Virus record (IMG/VR): IMGVR_UViG_3300044716_000732
Coordinates: 23,023 to 87,022 of that record
Source of the DNA: a virus
Length of the DNA stretch: 64,000 nt
Direction: 5' to 3' (one strand)
The position numbers and the translations under genes are program-made. Below the pieces are notes generated by a model. It was given only the letters and a program-made list of their open reading frames with translations. It did not search any database and was not told where the DNA came from. Position 1 is the stretch's first letter, and each line of letters begins with the position of its first letter. Shown in pieces: positions 63,068-64,000 of the stretch.

Positions 63068-64000
63068 CTAAACCATGACAAACGAACAAATCAATACACT
63101 TGTTAATTTACTGAAAGATTTGGATAACGCCATTCCAAAAGACGAAGGAGCTGTATCAATTCAACTATACTCAGACGGTAGCGGAAGAATAAATCTAGAA
63201 ATGTGGGGAGTTCTTGTGGCATATGGTTGTTTAGGAGAAGAAATGATTATAGATCACAGCTTAGTTAATGAGATGAATCCTGATTGGCTTCCTGATATCG
63301 AAGTATACGTCAAACGTCTTAATCAGATTCTACACAAAGAAAATAATTCTTGACATTTCTGACAATATTCTCTAATATCAAATTTATGAAAAACGAAAAC
63401 CTAACAAAATTAGAGTTAGAATTATCAAAACTTCTAAAAAAAGCAATAGATGCTTTATATGATGCAGGAGAAGATCAAATTTCAAATAGTCTCCAAAGTG
63501 ATATGGAGAAAGCTATACAAAAAAGAAATATGGTAAAAAGTTTGACGTTTCCAAAATAATCTCTAATATCGTTTCTACCATGAATAAAACATATAAACAA
63601 CCTAGTAAAATCAAAATTTCTTTTGAGATGAAAGAAGACATTCTTGACTTGCTTGATACAACTCTTCATGACATCGCAAACGACAACTATACCGAACCCA
63701 AGTCTTTTATTAGTACTTCTCATCATGAAAAAGTTTTAGACTTAAATGACTTGTATAGAGAAATTCTAGGCGCGGAATATCTTATTGAGCAACTACAAAA
63801 GATTAAGATTGAACGAACTAAGGAAGCTGACAAGTTGCTGAAAAAAATCAATAATATCTAATATGAAATATCCACACAATCCTTATTATAATCCCGATAA
63901 GCTCAATCTTACTCTTTATTCTCTAGATAAAGATGATACAGATTATGACTATGATACACTATGTTTTTGGGCTACTGAAGATGGAAGAGTCTATACTGCA

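Larger units (their letters stand above)
53333..63861 (+). other. Dense run of small hypothetical genes with interspersed leaderless promoters
   Basis: Contiguous + strand ORFs; promoters at 53299, 53692, 58156, 59280, 60674, 63039, 63350, 63542. Confidence 0.8.

Noticed and set aside
1-64000. Stop-codon reassignment
   Set aside because: Recognisable genes are full length in the standard code, end at TAA, TGA or TAG, and no suppressor tRNA is seen

Overview
A 64-kb slice of a large, AT-rich, T4-like (jumbo) lytic phage genome read in the standard genetic code. No capsid, terminase or replisome core genes are present in this window. (1) 1-12.3 kb is a relatively GC-richer early region: rIIA/rIIB, LysM, DUF932, GP88-like and a ribbon-helix-helix gene. 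It is built as terminator/box-array/promoter/gene modules carrying about 27 copies of a 14-bp box (TTGTCATACAAAAC), and ends in a G/C-run palindrome array at ~12.35-12.43 kb where base composition drops sharply. (2) 12.4-32.5 kb holds many late-promoter (TAA[A/G]TA) genes. Several carry T4 capsid-targeting-like or KDQILLExAY leader peptides on enzymatic bodies (ADP-ribosyltransferase, kinase, GP88). The region also has a nucleotidyltransferase, HNH homing endonucleases, an RNA ligase and a stable-RNA operon: unknown structured RNAs including an apparent 23S rRNA L11-binding-domain mimic, a tmRNA with a 33-aa tag, tRNA-Tyr and tRNA-Glu. (3) 32.8-64 kb is a dense run of small genes with leaderless sigma70-type promoters, RNA-repair genes and an LRR protein. 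It also holds a TnpA-less TnpB cassette whose predicted guide matches a stranded old allele of the neighbouring gene, while the cassette carries a recoded intact copy of that gene plus phyH cargo. This looks like a natural RNA-guided homing/'cleave-and-rescue' drive and is the strongest novel candidate. All family calls are from motif recognition, not database searches.
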